The notes under the pieces: generated by a model
The model's input: the letters and a program-made list of their open reading frames with translations, nothing else
Database searches by the model: none
What the model was told of the DNA's origin: nothing
Assembly: GCF_006345805.1 (NCBI RefSeq)
Contig: NC_042998.1
Span: forward strand, 70,432,001 to 70,496,000
DNA length: 64,000 nucleotides
Direction of reading: 5' to 3'
Source: Octopus sinensis
Lineage: Eukaryota
Translations under genes and position numbers: made by a program
Shown: one piece after another, positions 53,380-64,000 of the stretch
Numbering within the stretch: the stretch's first letter is position 1
Layout of the letters: each line of letters begins with the position of its first letter

Positions 53380-53855
53380 TATATCCTTTAAGTTCATGCC
53401 CCATCTCCCATACAAAATCTTCCCCCATCCACATTGAATCTCTTCCCCGAAAACATATCCTCTCAATACCCCCTCCTTCTACCTGTACCTACTCATTACA
53501 CCCTCTCTCCATCTGCAACTCTCCTTTTGCACTCTCCACTCTCTCTCCCCACCTGTGGTAGCCATGTTTTCCCACCTCTAATGCAAAACTCCTTTGTCTG
53601 TCCCTCAATACTACTCCCCACCTCAAAAAAGGGTCCTGTCTTGCAAGTTAGTTGGTGACCTCACTGCTGCTGGTGCCTTATAAAAAGTACCTCATACATT
53701 CTGTGAAGTGGCTGACACTAGGAAGGGCATCCAACTGTAGACACCATGCCAAAGTAGACAGACGGGATTGGTGCAGTTTTCTGACCTGTCACTTTTAATG
53801 GAACCATCCAATCCATGCCAGTATGGAAAACAGACATTAAATGATGCTAATGATG
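53380..53855 (+). mobile_element. Older RTE 3' UTR (C/T-rich part plus family C-like tail)
   Basis: CCTGTCTTGCAAGT...GCTGGTGCC...AGGAAGGGCATCCAACTGTAG; colinear with the minus-strand 33835-34300. Confidence 0.7.
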
Positions 53856-54724
53856 TATGTATGTATGTATGTATGTATGTATAAATTTGTAGCATAAGGT
53901 ATGGATTCAGAAAATTGTGTGGTTATATCACAGAAAGCTCCTTTTACAGACTCAGTTAACAATCCACATAGTAATTCAATAGGCAAATGTAATGTAGAGT
54001 GTCCTTACAGCTAAATTCCAGAAGATCCAATTGATGAAATTATTTCATGATGTGTATCATAAACCACAAAAGTCAGGAGGTAGGTGAGGTGAATATATTA
54101 ACTTAATCACTTTTCATCCTTAAGATTACGGCTGTTTCACAGCTTTCTTCATGTAGTAGCAATCTCAGAGTGGAAGAAATTATGTTTATATATTTGCCTC
54201 AATATGCATGCTTGCTACACATTATACAATACATTTGTATATTCACAAATCAATTCAAATAAAGAAAGTTAGCTTTCTTTATTTACATTGATCTGTGAAT
54301 ATACAATTGTATTGAATAATATGATTTTCGGTATTATTTGATTCTCAGTCTGAAGAATTTCTAATATAAAATTTCTTAGATGTTTTTCTAACATGTGCAA
54401 CTTTGTGATCCCTTTAGCAAGTGTAACATATTTAATGGTGAATAAATGATACCAAAAATATTTTCCAGCTTCCTTTTTTGTTACATAAAATCTCTGCCAA
54501 GAATATTTCCAGAATTTTCAACTCTGATATGCACCTCACATCAATACAACTACAACAGCAAACACATATTGGATCATAATACTAGACTAAGCAGATGTAC
54601 TTCAAGAAGGCACAGCTTGGATTTTACCCTACATATAATATATATATATATATATATATCGATGGTGGAGGAACAAACACAGACACAAAGACACACACAT
54701 ACACATAAATATACACACACACAC

Positions 54725-54756
<32 letters not shown>

Positions 54757-55260
54757 CTTTATTTAAAGCAGAAGAAAATTCAACAAAACCTGTTACTCTG
54801 AGTTTCCCATTGCCGTTCGTCGGACAGTTTCTGCTAGAATGGAACCGATATGTGAATTCTATCCAGACTATTACAAACGCTACACCTTTAAAAAATGGAC
54901 TTGTTTGATTGGCCCTTAAGAAATAACGGCCAATTTTCGAGCAATAAAGAAAGATGAGTTCAAATATATATATATATATATATAAAAAAAAATTTTTTAA
55001 ATATAAAAAATAGATAGAAAATATAAAAAAATATAAAAAATACAAAAAATTATAAAATTGGAGGAAAAACCTTACATTGAATAAAATACATATTGACCTT
55101 AATGAAGGAAATATAATTAATACATGGAAATTGAAATGCATTAAAAATATGCATTAAAAATATAACACAGCAATACATATTCATATTAAAGTATACATAT
55201 ATATCAACATACACAGAATAGATGCGTGCGAACCCCATACATATACAGACGTATAAATAT
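54757..55260 (-). mobile_element. Penelope-type terminal repeat region
   Basis: Complex repeat bounded by (TA)n and containing a hammerhead fold; the family assignment is from memory. Confidence 0.55.
54784..54834 (-). ncRNA. Type-I hammerhead ribozyme fold (U4C variant in this copy)
   Basis: Minus strand GCAGAAACTGT-CCGACGA-A-CG(GCAA)TG-G-GAAA-CT(CAG)AGTA/ACAGGTTTTGT. Stem I CTGT/ACAG with a further extension; stem III ACT/AGT; predicted GUA cleavage between 54794 and 54793. Confidence 0.65.
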
Positions 55261-55364
55261 AAAGCTGAAATATTACTCTACCACTGGTATTTGAGTAATC
55301 TTTTTTCCACCTTGTTTCACATTTATGTGTTTACTCCGGTATATATATATATATATATATATAT

Positions 55365-55800
55365 GACAGGTTGCTTTCAGTTTCCATCTACCAAATTCAC
55401 TCACAAGGGGATTGGTTGACCTGAGGCTATAGTAGAAGACACTTGCACTAGGTGCCACACAGTGGGACTGAACCCAGAATCATGTGATTGGGAAGCAAGC
55501 TTCTTACCACACAGCTACATATGCACCTACACACACACACACACATTATGTGTATGTCTTTATGTCTGTGTTTGTTCCCCATCACTGCTTGGCTATTGGT
55601 GTTGGTGTGTTTATGTCCCTCTAACTTTGTGGCCTGACAAAAGAGCCAGGTAGGATAAGAACAAGGCTAAAAAGAAACAAAAAAGCCCCCAAAAAACCCA
55701 AATAAAACTAAAATGTACTGGGGTTGATTCTTTCACCTAAAATTCCTCAAGGCAACGGTCCCAACATTGCCACTTTGTAATGACTGAAACAAGTAAAAGA
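55365..55800. mobile_element. SINE family A with an inverted 5' half (55365-55528, minus) joined to a forward 3' half (55550-55800)
   Basis: CTTTCAGTTTCCATCTACCAAATTCACTCACAAGG...GGGACTGAACCCAG...CTTACCACACAGC is the reverse-complemented head; TGTCTGTGTTTGTTCCCC...GACTGAAACAAGTAAAAGA is the forward tail. Confidence 0.8.
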
Positions 55801-55807
55801 TATATAC

Positions 55808-55888
<81 letters not shown>

Positions 55889-57689
55889 GATATGTATGAT
55901 AACATGTTTTGTGTGTGTGTGTGCACATGTGTTTTGATAAATCAGATATTTATAATTAATAAATTTCATTCACTCTTTCAAAGCCTAAAAGATTAACAAT
56001 TTTTTTCTTATTATTTTAATTGGTAAATTGAAAAATAAAGGCAACATTAATCCACAATGGCAATTATAACAGAGAACTATATTTGTGTCAATGATTCCAT
56101 TTCAGAGTGATATTATTCACATTCAAAAATGTGTGTGAAGCGATTGCAGCTAGATAAGGTGAGAGGTGAAGGGTTTAAGTGAATAAAGTTACATAGAATA
56201 CTTCATTCTCTCACACTAAATGCCAGGCAGTAATTCATCAGAAATTACAAATTCTAATTTCATTTAGGGTTGACTCAGAGAGAGAGGGGGGGGAGAAGGC
56301 AAAGCAATGATTTCTACAGAAAAAGGAATCTAGAATTTGGAATTTCAGTCAGTTTAAAAATTATTCAGCAAATAGCATCTTTTAATCCATCCTACTTCCA
56401 TTAGAGATTAAGAGTTGATCTCTGTGACAAATAGAGTCTTTCAGTTCTTGTGAAGCTATCAATCTTGGTTTGTGATTTCAAATCACACTCACTCACCATA
56501 AAATGCTTCATGTATTTAGGAAGGCCTTTTCTCTCTCTCTTTTTTTATTATTTTTTTTACTTTTAAATTGCACATTTAGTTTTACTTTATTTTATTTTAT
56601 TCAGTGTTTTTTTTCTTGATTTTGCAAAACAAAATGGAAAAAAAAAAAAGGGTTCGTTTTTTTTTTGTCTTTTTAGGAGGCAGTTAGGGGTGCAAACTAA
56701 CAAATAACATTAAAACCCCATAATATGTCCCCCCACCCTGCATTAAATCCTCTCTCAATGTAAAGCAGTCAGCATCAACAGTACCTCATATGTGTTAGCG
56801 TCACTATTTCTAAACATCTCCCCATCTAAACCTCACTAAAATACAATCAATGGAATCCTTCGCTCTGTGAAGTTGAGGAATCTCTTCACAAGAATTCTCT
56901 CTTCCAAACTGGAGTCTATTGACTCTGATTTAGAATGCTGGATTTTCTTGTCTATTGTTGTTGTAGCAGCTGTGTTTCCAGTGTTTCCCTTTTTATTAAT
57001 TACTTTTGTATTTCGTTTTTGTTTTGTACTTATATGTATTTGCTTGTTTTGTAAATTCTTCTCTTGTGTAATGATGCCAATCCATTGAAGACACATCGTA
57101 ACTGCTGTTGTTTTGGTTATTGTTGTAGTTGTTGTTGTTTTTGGTTGTTGTTGCTGTTGTTGTTGTTGTACACAGTTGTGATTTACAACAGCAACAGCTG
57201 CAGCTACAGCAACAGCATCAACAGCAACAAGTACAGCATCAACAGTAAACAGAAAAGCAACAGAAACCACCACTCCACTACTACCGCCACTACATCAATA
57301 TCACCAACATGTACAACAGTTTTACAACTACAATGGTAGCTGTGCACAACTATAACAACAAAACAGCAAGTTACATACCACCACCACCACCTCCACCACA
57401 ACACATCATCATCATCTACAACACCACCACCACAACAACAACAACACATACCATCGCCATCACCATAACGACCACAACACACACACTCTCACCATCACAA
57501 CAGCTAAAATACACATTCCTGCCACCATGAACCACAACAACGACAACAACAATAGTAACAAGAAGAAGATATCGCTCAATAAAAATCAAGTGCAGATATA
57601 AAGATGTTTATGTTTGATGCCTTTTTCCACTTGACTTGTTTAAATGACAGCTGAAGAAGAAACAAACAAACAAACAAAAAAAAAAAAAC

Positions 57690-58635
57690 CCAACAAAACA
57701 AAAACAAAGAAACAAACTCAATTTGAAAAATACAGTTACCATATCAAATTCCAGTGATCTTTCTACAGTATCCTTTACTTTCTCTTCAATAGAATACACA
57801 TTGGATCTCTTCCCTACTCTTCCCTTAAAAAACAAAAAACAAAAAATAAAAAAACTGATTTTCAAAAGCACAGTTACCATATCAAATCCCAGTTAGCCAA
57901 TTAGATATCTATAGAATTCCATACCTCTTCTTCAGCAAAATCCACATTGGATACAAAAATAAAATAAAATAAAGTTAAATTTCATAATAATAGCTACTAT
58001 GTCAGATTCCAGTGTTATTTCTGCTGTCTCTTCAATAAAATCTACATTGGATGCTCCACCCCCTCCAACAAAAATACAAAAAAACAAAAAAAGGAAAAAA
58101 ACAACTGATTTTAAAGCATGGTTACCATATGAGATTCCACTTAGATATCTTCAATGTTCTGCACATTTTCTTCATTAAAATTCATTAGATTTCAAAAGAA
58201 TAATTACGATGTCTGATCCCAATGCTTTCACTCAAGTATGCCTTAATTTCCCCTTCAATAAAATCCATATTGGATCCCAAAAAGCTAGATTTCAAAAGCA
58301 TACCTACATGTCATATTCTTGTGTTCTCTTGATAATATTCCTAACTGTCTCTTCAATAAAATCTACATTAGATATTTTCCACCACCAAGAAAAAAAATCA
58401 AACACACAAAAAACAAAACAAGACCTGTTTTAGAAAGCTCAGTTACCATATCAGATTCCACTTAGATATCTACAATATTCAGCACTTTTTCTCCAATAAA
58501 ATCCATCAGATTTCAAAAGAATAACTAGCATGTTAGATCCTAGTACTCTCTCTAGAGTATTCCTTACATCTCTTCAATAAAGACCATATTGGATCCAGAA
58601 AAGGTAGATTTCCAAAGCACACTTATATGTTGGAT

Positions 58636-58688
<53 letters not shown>

Positions 58689-59195
58689 GTCTCTCAAGCT
58701 ACTGCACTCCCTATTGTTTCTTTAATTCTGCCCCCCCCCACCACCACTTAATGAAAACAACTGATTTTCAAAAGTATACTTTACTTTACCAGATTCTACT
58801 TTGATATCTTCAGTTATCAGTTGTTTTTCTCTAGTAATACCTGTTAGATATCAAAAGACTAACTAACATGTCTCTTACTTTCCCATCAATATGATTCACA
58901 TTGAATCAAAAGAAAAGAAAAAAAACCTAACCTAGATTTCAAAAGTACATCTACCAAATCAGATTCCAGTGGTCTCTCTGTGTCTGTCTGTCTCTGTCTC
59001 TCTCTCTTTCTCTCCTTAGTATTTCTTGCATTTTCTTTAATAAAATTCATATTGGATCCAAACAAGCTAGATTTCAAAAGCATACCAACATGTCAGTCTC
59101 TATTGCTCTCTCTCTCTCTATCTCTCTTTTCAATCACATTGAATAAAAAAAAAATGGATTTCTAAAGTACACCCATGGTGTCAGATTCCACTTCA

Positions 59196-59226
<31 letters not shown>

Positions 59227-59590
59227 CAATTCCTTTCTTTTCAATAAAATCTACACTGGATCCCAAAAAAAAGAAGAGAGATTTCAAAAGCACATCCACC
59301 ACATTAAATTCCAGTATTCTTTCTACAGTTATTCCTTACTTTCTCTCCAATGTCATTCACATTGGATCCTAAAAAAAAGTTTTGATTTCAAAAGCACAAA
59401 GTCAGAATCCACTGACTTTTCTACAGTTTCTCCTTACTTTCTCTTTAATAAAATCCACATCGGATGAAAAAAAAAAAAAAAATAAAAATAAAGATGCCAG
59501 ATTTCAAAAGCCACATCAGATTCCAGTGATGATTCTACAATATTCTTTACTTTCTCTTCCATAAAATCCATATCGGATACAAAAGTTTTT
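57690..59590. repeat. Degenerate satellite, ~100-140 bp monomer, about 16 copies, with a ~320 bp higher-order duplication
   Basis: Monomer: TTCAATAAAATCYACATTGGATC, A-rich spacer, AGATTTCAAAAGCACAGTTACCATATCAGATTCCA, pyrimidine block. 58025-58344 recurs at 58345-58660. Confidence 0.9.
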
Positions 59591-60544
59591 TTAAAAGATT
59601 ACAATACTGCCTGTTCTATCAATGTTAGAAGCTGTATTTTACAGTAGAGTGGTGTGTGTGTGAGAGAGAGATTGTTACACTTGCTCTCCACCTTCCTTTC
59701 ATTACTGCTTACTTCTCATTACATAATTTATTTCTCCCCACCCCATGGGCCTCCACCACTATAATCATTAATGCCACCACCATCACAACTACAAATACCA
59801 CTGCCATACTGCCTTCATCGCAATAATATTACCCCCTCCATTGTAATATTAGCACCCATACTATTACAACCACCACTATCATACTTCTGCCAGCACTATA
59901 TTACCTACACTGCCATGCTACCCTAGCACCAACACGTTTACCACTACCATACTATAGCACTAACACCACCACTGCCATCATTACTACCACCACCACCATC
60001 ACCACCAACATCATCATCGTCACCACCACAGCTAGTCAGCTCACCACATTCACAGCTGAATCAGCTTCTAAATCTGTCTTTTGTCTTATTCTCTATATTT
60101 CTCTTCATCTCTCTCTAATTCCTCTCTCTCCTCCTCTATTTCTCTCTACCTTCTGTTATACCTTTCTCTCTTTCTCCTCCTCTCTCCTTCCCCATCCCTT
60201 CCTTTCCCTCTCTCTTTCATCATAATCTCTTTTCATAATATTTCAATCCAAGGAATGTTGTGAATATTTCAATTTTGTTCTTATTTGTTTCACATGCTTA
60301 TTTATTGTTGTAGTTGCTGTTGTTGCTCTCCCTCCCCCCTCTCTCTCTCCTTCCATTGCAGACAGAAAGAAGGGCACCCCCTCCCACCCAAAATAAATGA
60401 AAGAGGAAATGAAATAATAAAATATAAATTAAATATTTCAATGGTTATGGCTTTGTGGTATATGTGTGTATACTACACATACATATACGATTTTATATAC
60501 ATACATGGGTGCAGGTGTGGCTGTGTGGTAAGTAGCTCGCTTAC

Positions 60545-61902
60545 TGTGCATGCGTGAGTTGCTGTTGTTTTTGCACTGAATACTGTCAAGACGTGCTTCC
60601 ACAGTGGTCTTGAAGTGAAGAACATTGAAGGTGCAACTATAAGGTAAGACATTTGTTTTGGGGGGATTCAGTGGGGGTTTGTGCCTACTGAGTTCCGAGG
60701 CATTTGTCTGCCTGTAGTTGCACTGTCTCACTTAATTGTGAGAATTGTTGTTTTTGGGGCATGTCTTGCCTCCAAAAATAGTGGAATCTTTTTCACCAAT
60801 TTTTGGTGAAATTTGTGGAAGCTGTGTTCTGGTTGCTGTATTCCTGTTGCTATTGGGAGTACCAGCTGGCCTGGAGTACCTAGTGGCCGTAAAATTTGTG
60901 TCTGCTGTGTTCTTGAACTGTTTTTCTTTGAACAGTTTTCTTTCCTTCTTCCTTCGTTTTTGTAACTTTCTTTGTACTTTTTTCTTCCAAGAACATGGCA
61001 AAGAAACAAGACACTGTGTTGGAGTGGGAAATTGCCCCACCCAAACAGTGGTTAAAAAGTCTTGAGGAGAGGATGGTGGTGCTGCGAACGTACTCTAAGT
61101 CGCTTGACATCATCACCCCCTTGAAAAAGATTGATATTGAGAAAGAGTATTGGAAAGAGTTGGCAGAATACATGCCAACTATAAAATTTATTTCCAGGGG
61201 TGTCAAATCCACGATGGTGTGGTTGTTATTTGACACCCCTGAAGAGGCTTGCAATTTTGCAAGTCAGCCCTTAGAGGGCAAAGAAATATTGTTTCTTCCC
61301 ACATATTGTGGGAAGAAGTTGACAAGGGTTTGGGATAGAACCTGAGTGGATAGAAGACACTATCCACCGGGGTCTGAGTGGCAGCAGAGCCACACTCCTC
61401 AATGTCAAAATTTTGGGTGGGGTCAAAAGCAGTTTTGACCCTGTGAACCCAATCAGCCAAGAACCTGGTTTTTCCAGATTTTTTGAAAATGGCTGGTTCT
61501 AGGTATCCGGTGATTCTTGAGGGACGCCCCCCCCCACACACACACACACCAAGTGTCACCTGTACCTGGAGCCAGGTCACATTAAAAAAAAACTGTTCCT
61601 AGGACCAAGGTAAGGTCCTGGAACGGTTAGTGATGGAAGAACCCCCACCTCTTCCTTCGGAGGGAGAGATAGAGGCAGTGAAGACCCCCCCCCCGCAAAA
61701 AAAAGGAAAAAAAGGAAGAAGGTGGGCAACAACGGTTGCCTACCAAAGGACCCCAAGGCTGCGGGAGGGCGGGAAGATCCTCCAGTTAAAGCGGAGGAAC
61801 CACACTCTCCTGAAGCAAAGGGGAGAAAAAAGAAGAAAAACAGGACAGTGCTGGCGGTTAATACACTGCCAGCATGTTCCAAAGCTGGCAACTCGAGTGA
61901 AA
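60545..61902 (+). mobile_element. L1/Tx1-like non-LTR retrotransposon 5' part: 5' UTR and decayed ORF1 (RRM-like region, CCHC knuckle, Pro/Lys-rich tail); ORF2 absent
   Basis: ORF 60995-61345 MAKKQDTVLEWEIAPP...VWLLFDTPEEACNFASQPL...LTRVW; then LKMAGSRYPVILEGRPP and CHLYLEPGHIKK(N)C at 61554-61596 (C>Y plus a +1 frameshift in a CX2CX4HX4C knuckle). Confidence 0.7.
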
Positions 61903-62045
61903 TAAGGAAGCTTGTTTCCCAACCACAATGTTCTGGGTTCAGTCCCACTGCATGGCACCTTGGGCAAGTGTCTTCTATATAGCCTCAAGCCAACCAAAAC
62001 CATGTGAGTGGATTTGGTAGACGGAAACTGAAAAGAAGCACATCA
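61903..62045 (+). mobile_element. SINE family A head continuation (first ~38 nt of a head at 60507-60544)
   Basis: TAAGGAAGCTTGTTTCCCAACCACAATGTTCTGGGTTCAGTCCCACTGCATGGCACCTTGGGCAAGTG... Confidence 0.85.
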
Positions 62046-62049
62046 TATA

Positions 62050-62089
<40 letters not shown>

Positions 62090-62240
62090 AAATTAGAGAA
62101 TGGAGAAACATACTTAAATCAATAAAACATCAACTATCAGATGATACCCAATCAATACTTTAATACACCATTACATATCTAGCAGTATATTGGATATATA
62201 TTATCCCATGGTGGGTTGAATTTTCAACCCCTATCTCATT

Positions 62241-62274
<34 letters not shown>

Positions 62275-62323
62275 CTTATTTCTACCCTGCCCACCTCCAC
62301 TACTATAATCATTAATGCCTGTC

Positions 62324-62349
<26 letters not shown>

Positions 62350-62358
<9 letters not shown>

Positions 62359-62510
62359 ACCACCACTTGACAACTGGTGTTGGTTTGTTCTTGTCCCCAT
62401 AACTTAGTGGTTTGGCAAAAGAGACTGATAGAATAAGTTCAAGGCTTTTTTTAAAAAAAAGTCTTGGGGTCAAATTGTTTCACTGAGACCCTTCAAGGTG
62501 GTGCTCCAGT
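62350..62510 (+). mobile_element. SINE family A, 3' half
   Basis: CCACTTGACAACTGGTGTTGG...AACTTAGTGGTTTGGCAAAAGAGACTGATAGAATAAG...GGTGGTGCTCCAG. Confidence 0.8.
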
Positions 62511-62797
62511 GATAAATCAAACTTAAAATTTCATCTTAATGGAACTATCTTGCATTACAATTTCATAAAATATTTTTCACCATGCAAACTACTTTTAGTT
62601 TCCTAGGACTCTTCTGGACAGTAAGTTGCCAGAGTCGTTAGAATGTAGGACAGAATACCTTGTATTTTTTGTGTGTTTCTGTGCTCTGAGTTCAAAACCC
62701 ACTAAGGTCAATATTACCTTTCATTCTTCTTTCAGGTGGGTGAGTGGAGGAACCGATAAAAACACTATCAGTCCAGAGTGGTGAATTTGTATAATTG

Positions 62798-63140
62798 TTA
62801 CCAGCCTCGCCTGGCCCCTGTGCCGGTGGCACGTAAAAAGCACCATCCGTTCGTGGCCGTTGCCAGCCTCACCTGGCCCCCGTGCCGGTGGCACGTAAAA
62901 AGCACCATCCATCCGTGGCCATTTGCCAGCTCTGTCTGGCACCTGTGCGGGTGGCACGTAAAAAGCACCCACTACACTCACAGAGTGGTTGGCATTAGGA
63001 AGGGCATCCAGCCGTAGAAACACTGCCAGATCAGACTGGGCCTGATGCAGCCTTCTGGCTTCACAGACCCCAGTTGAACCGTCCAACCCATGCTAGCATG
63101 GAAAGCGGACACTAAACAATGATGATGATAATGATGATGA
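62798..63140 (+). mobile_element. Young family C RTE 3' end with three ~62-bp modules
   Basis: GTGC(C/G)GGTGGCACGTAAAAAGCACC at 62820, 62882 and 62945; terminal stem-loop and (GAT)n tail. Confidence 0.9.
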
Positions 63141-63404
63141 TGTTACAGTGTTGAACACAATATCTTGTAGCATCCCCTGAGGCTCTATATTTCTCAGTGC
63201 AAATTCTGCCCTGTCACAAGAAAGAAAGAAAAAAAAAAAACTCACAAAAAAACAGTGATAGTTCTGCTAGGAGTTGTGACCAACAAATAGTATCAGTTAT
63301 TTGGAATTGGAAAACAACCAATAGAAATATAGCTTCCTTGGTTTGATCAGAAGTTTGATCCCTCCCTTACCACCACCATCACTTTACTGTTTATTTTTTG
63401 GCAT

Positions 63405-63600
63405 CTTTTACTTGTTTTAGTCACTGGACTGTGGCCAAGATGGAGCCTCAATAGGTTTAGTCAAACAAATCAACTCCACTACCTGGTTTCTTAAGTCAAG
63501 TACATATTCTATTGGTCTCACTGGCCAACCACTTAGGTTATGGGAATATAAACCAACTAACTCCAGTTGTCAAATGGTTGTGGGGATGGGGAACAAACAC
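63405..63600 (-). mobile_element. SINE family A, 3' half (older)
   Basis: TCTTTTACTTGTTTTAGTCACTGGACTGTGGCCAAGATGGAGC is the reverse complement of the family tail. Confidence 0.75.
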
Positions 63601-63669
63601 AGACACACACACATACATGTGTGTGTGTGTATATATATATATATATGTATGCATGTATGTATATATATG

Positions 63670-63708
<39 letters not shown>

Positions 63709-63714
63709 GTAAAT

Positions 63715-64000
63715 AGGTGCAGGAGTGGCTGTGTGGTAAGTAGCTTGCTTACCAACCACATGGTTCCGGGTTCAGTCCCACTGCATGGCATCTTGGGCAA
63801 GTGTCTTCTGCTATAGCCTCAGGCCGACCAATGCCCTGTGAGTGGATTTGGTAGACGGAAACTGAAAGAAGCCTGTCGTATATATGTATATATATATATA
63901 AATATGTGTGTGTGTGTATATATGTTTGTGTGTCTGTGTTTGTCCCTCTAGCATTGCTTGACAACCGATGCTGGTGTGTTTACGTCCCCGTCACTTAGCG
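63715..64000 (+). mobile_element. Young SINE family A, cut by the window end
   Basis: Near-identical to 15548-15830. Confidence 0.92.

Noticed and set aside
57690-59590. CRISPR-like repeat/spacer look, or an array of alternative mini-exons
   Set aside because: Eukaryotic context, degenerate repeats and low-complexity spacers. The implied introns would be only ~30-40 nt and no frame is conserved.

Overview
AT-rich, microsatellite-saturated animal genomic DNA. The repeat families and the dense (TA)n/(AAT)n/(CA)n/(TACA)n tracts suggest an octopod cephalopod (inference, not verified). I recognise no intact host protein-coding gene, rRNA, true tRNA gene or CRISPR array; the window reads as intronic or intergenic, and most ORF-track entries are translated simple repeats or decayed TE fragments. 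It is a layered transposon graveyard containing: (i) tRNA-headed SINEs with an internal microsatellite (family A); (ii) Nin/Deu-domain-like SINEs (family B); (iii) many 5'-truncated 3' ends of RTE LINEs carrying a tandem structured module (family C); (iv) a near-complete decayed Penelope-like ORF plus short PLE-type terminal repeats; (v) CR1/Jockey-group RT fragments, an R4/Dong-like RLE tail in (AAT)n, an L1/Tx1-like ORF1 and a maT-like transposase; (vi) three MITE types; (vii) several minisatellites and a ~1.9 kb satellite with a higher-order repeat. The most interesting signals are three minimal type-I hammerhead-ribozyme folds in three different short PLE-type repeats, two SINE copies with a 5'-inverted, twin-priming-like architecture centred on their internal microsatellite, and a tandem pseudoknot-like RNA module in RTE 3' UTRs. 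All TE family assignments come from remembered motif similarity, not database searches.
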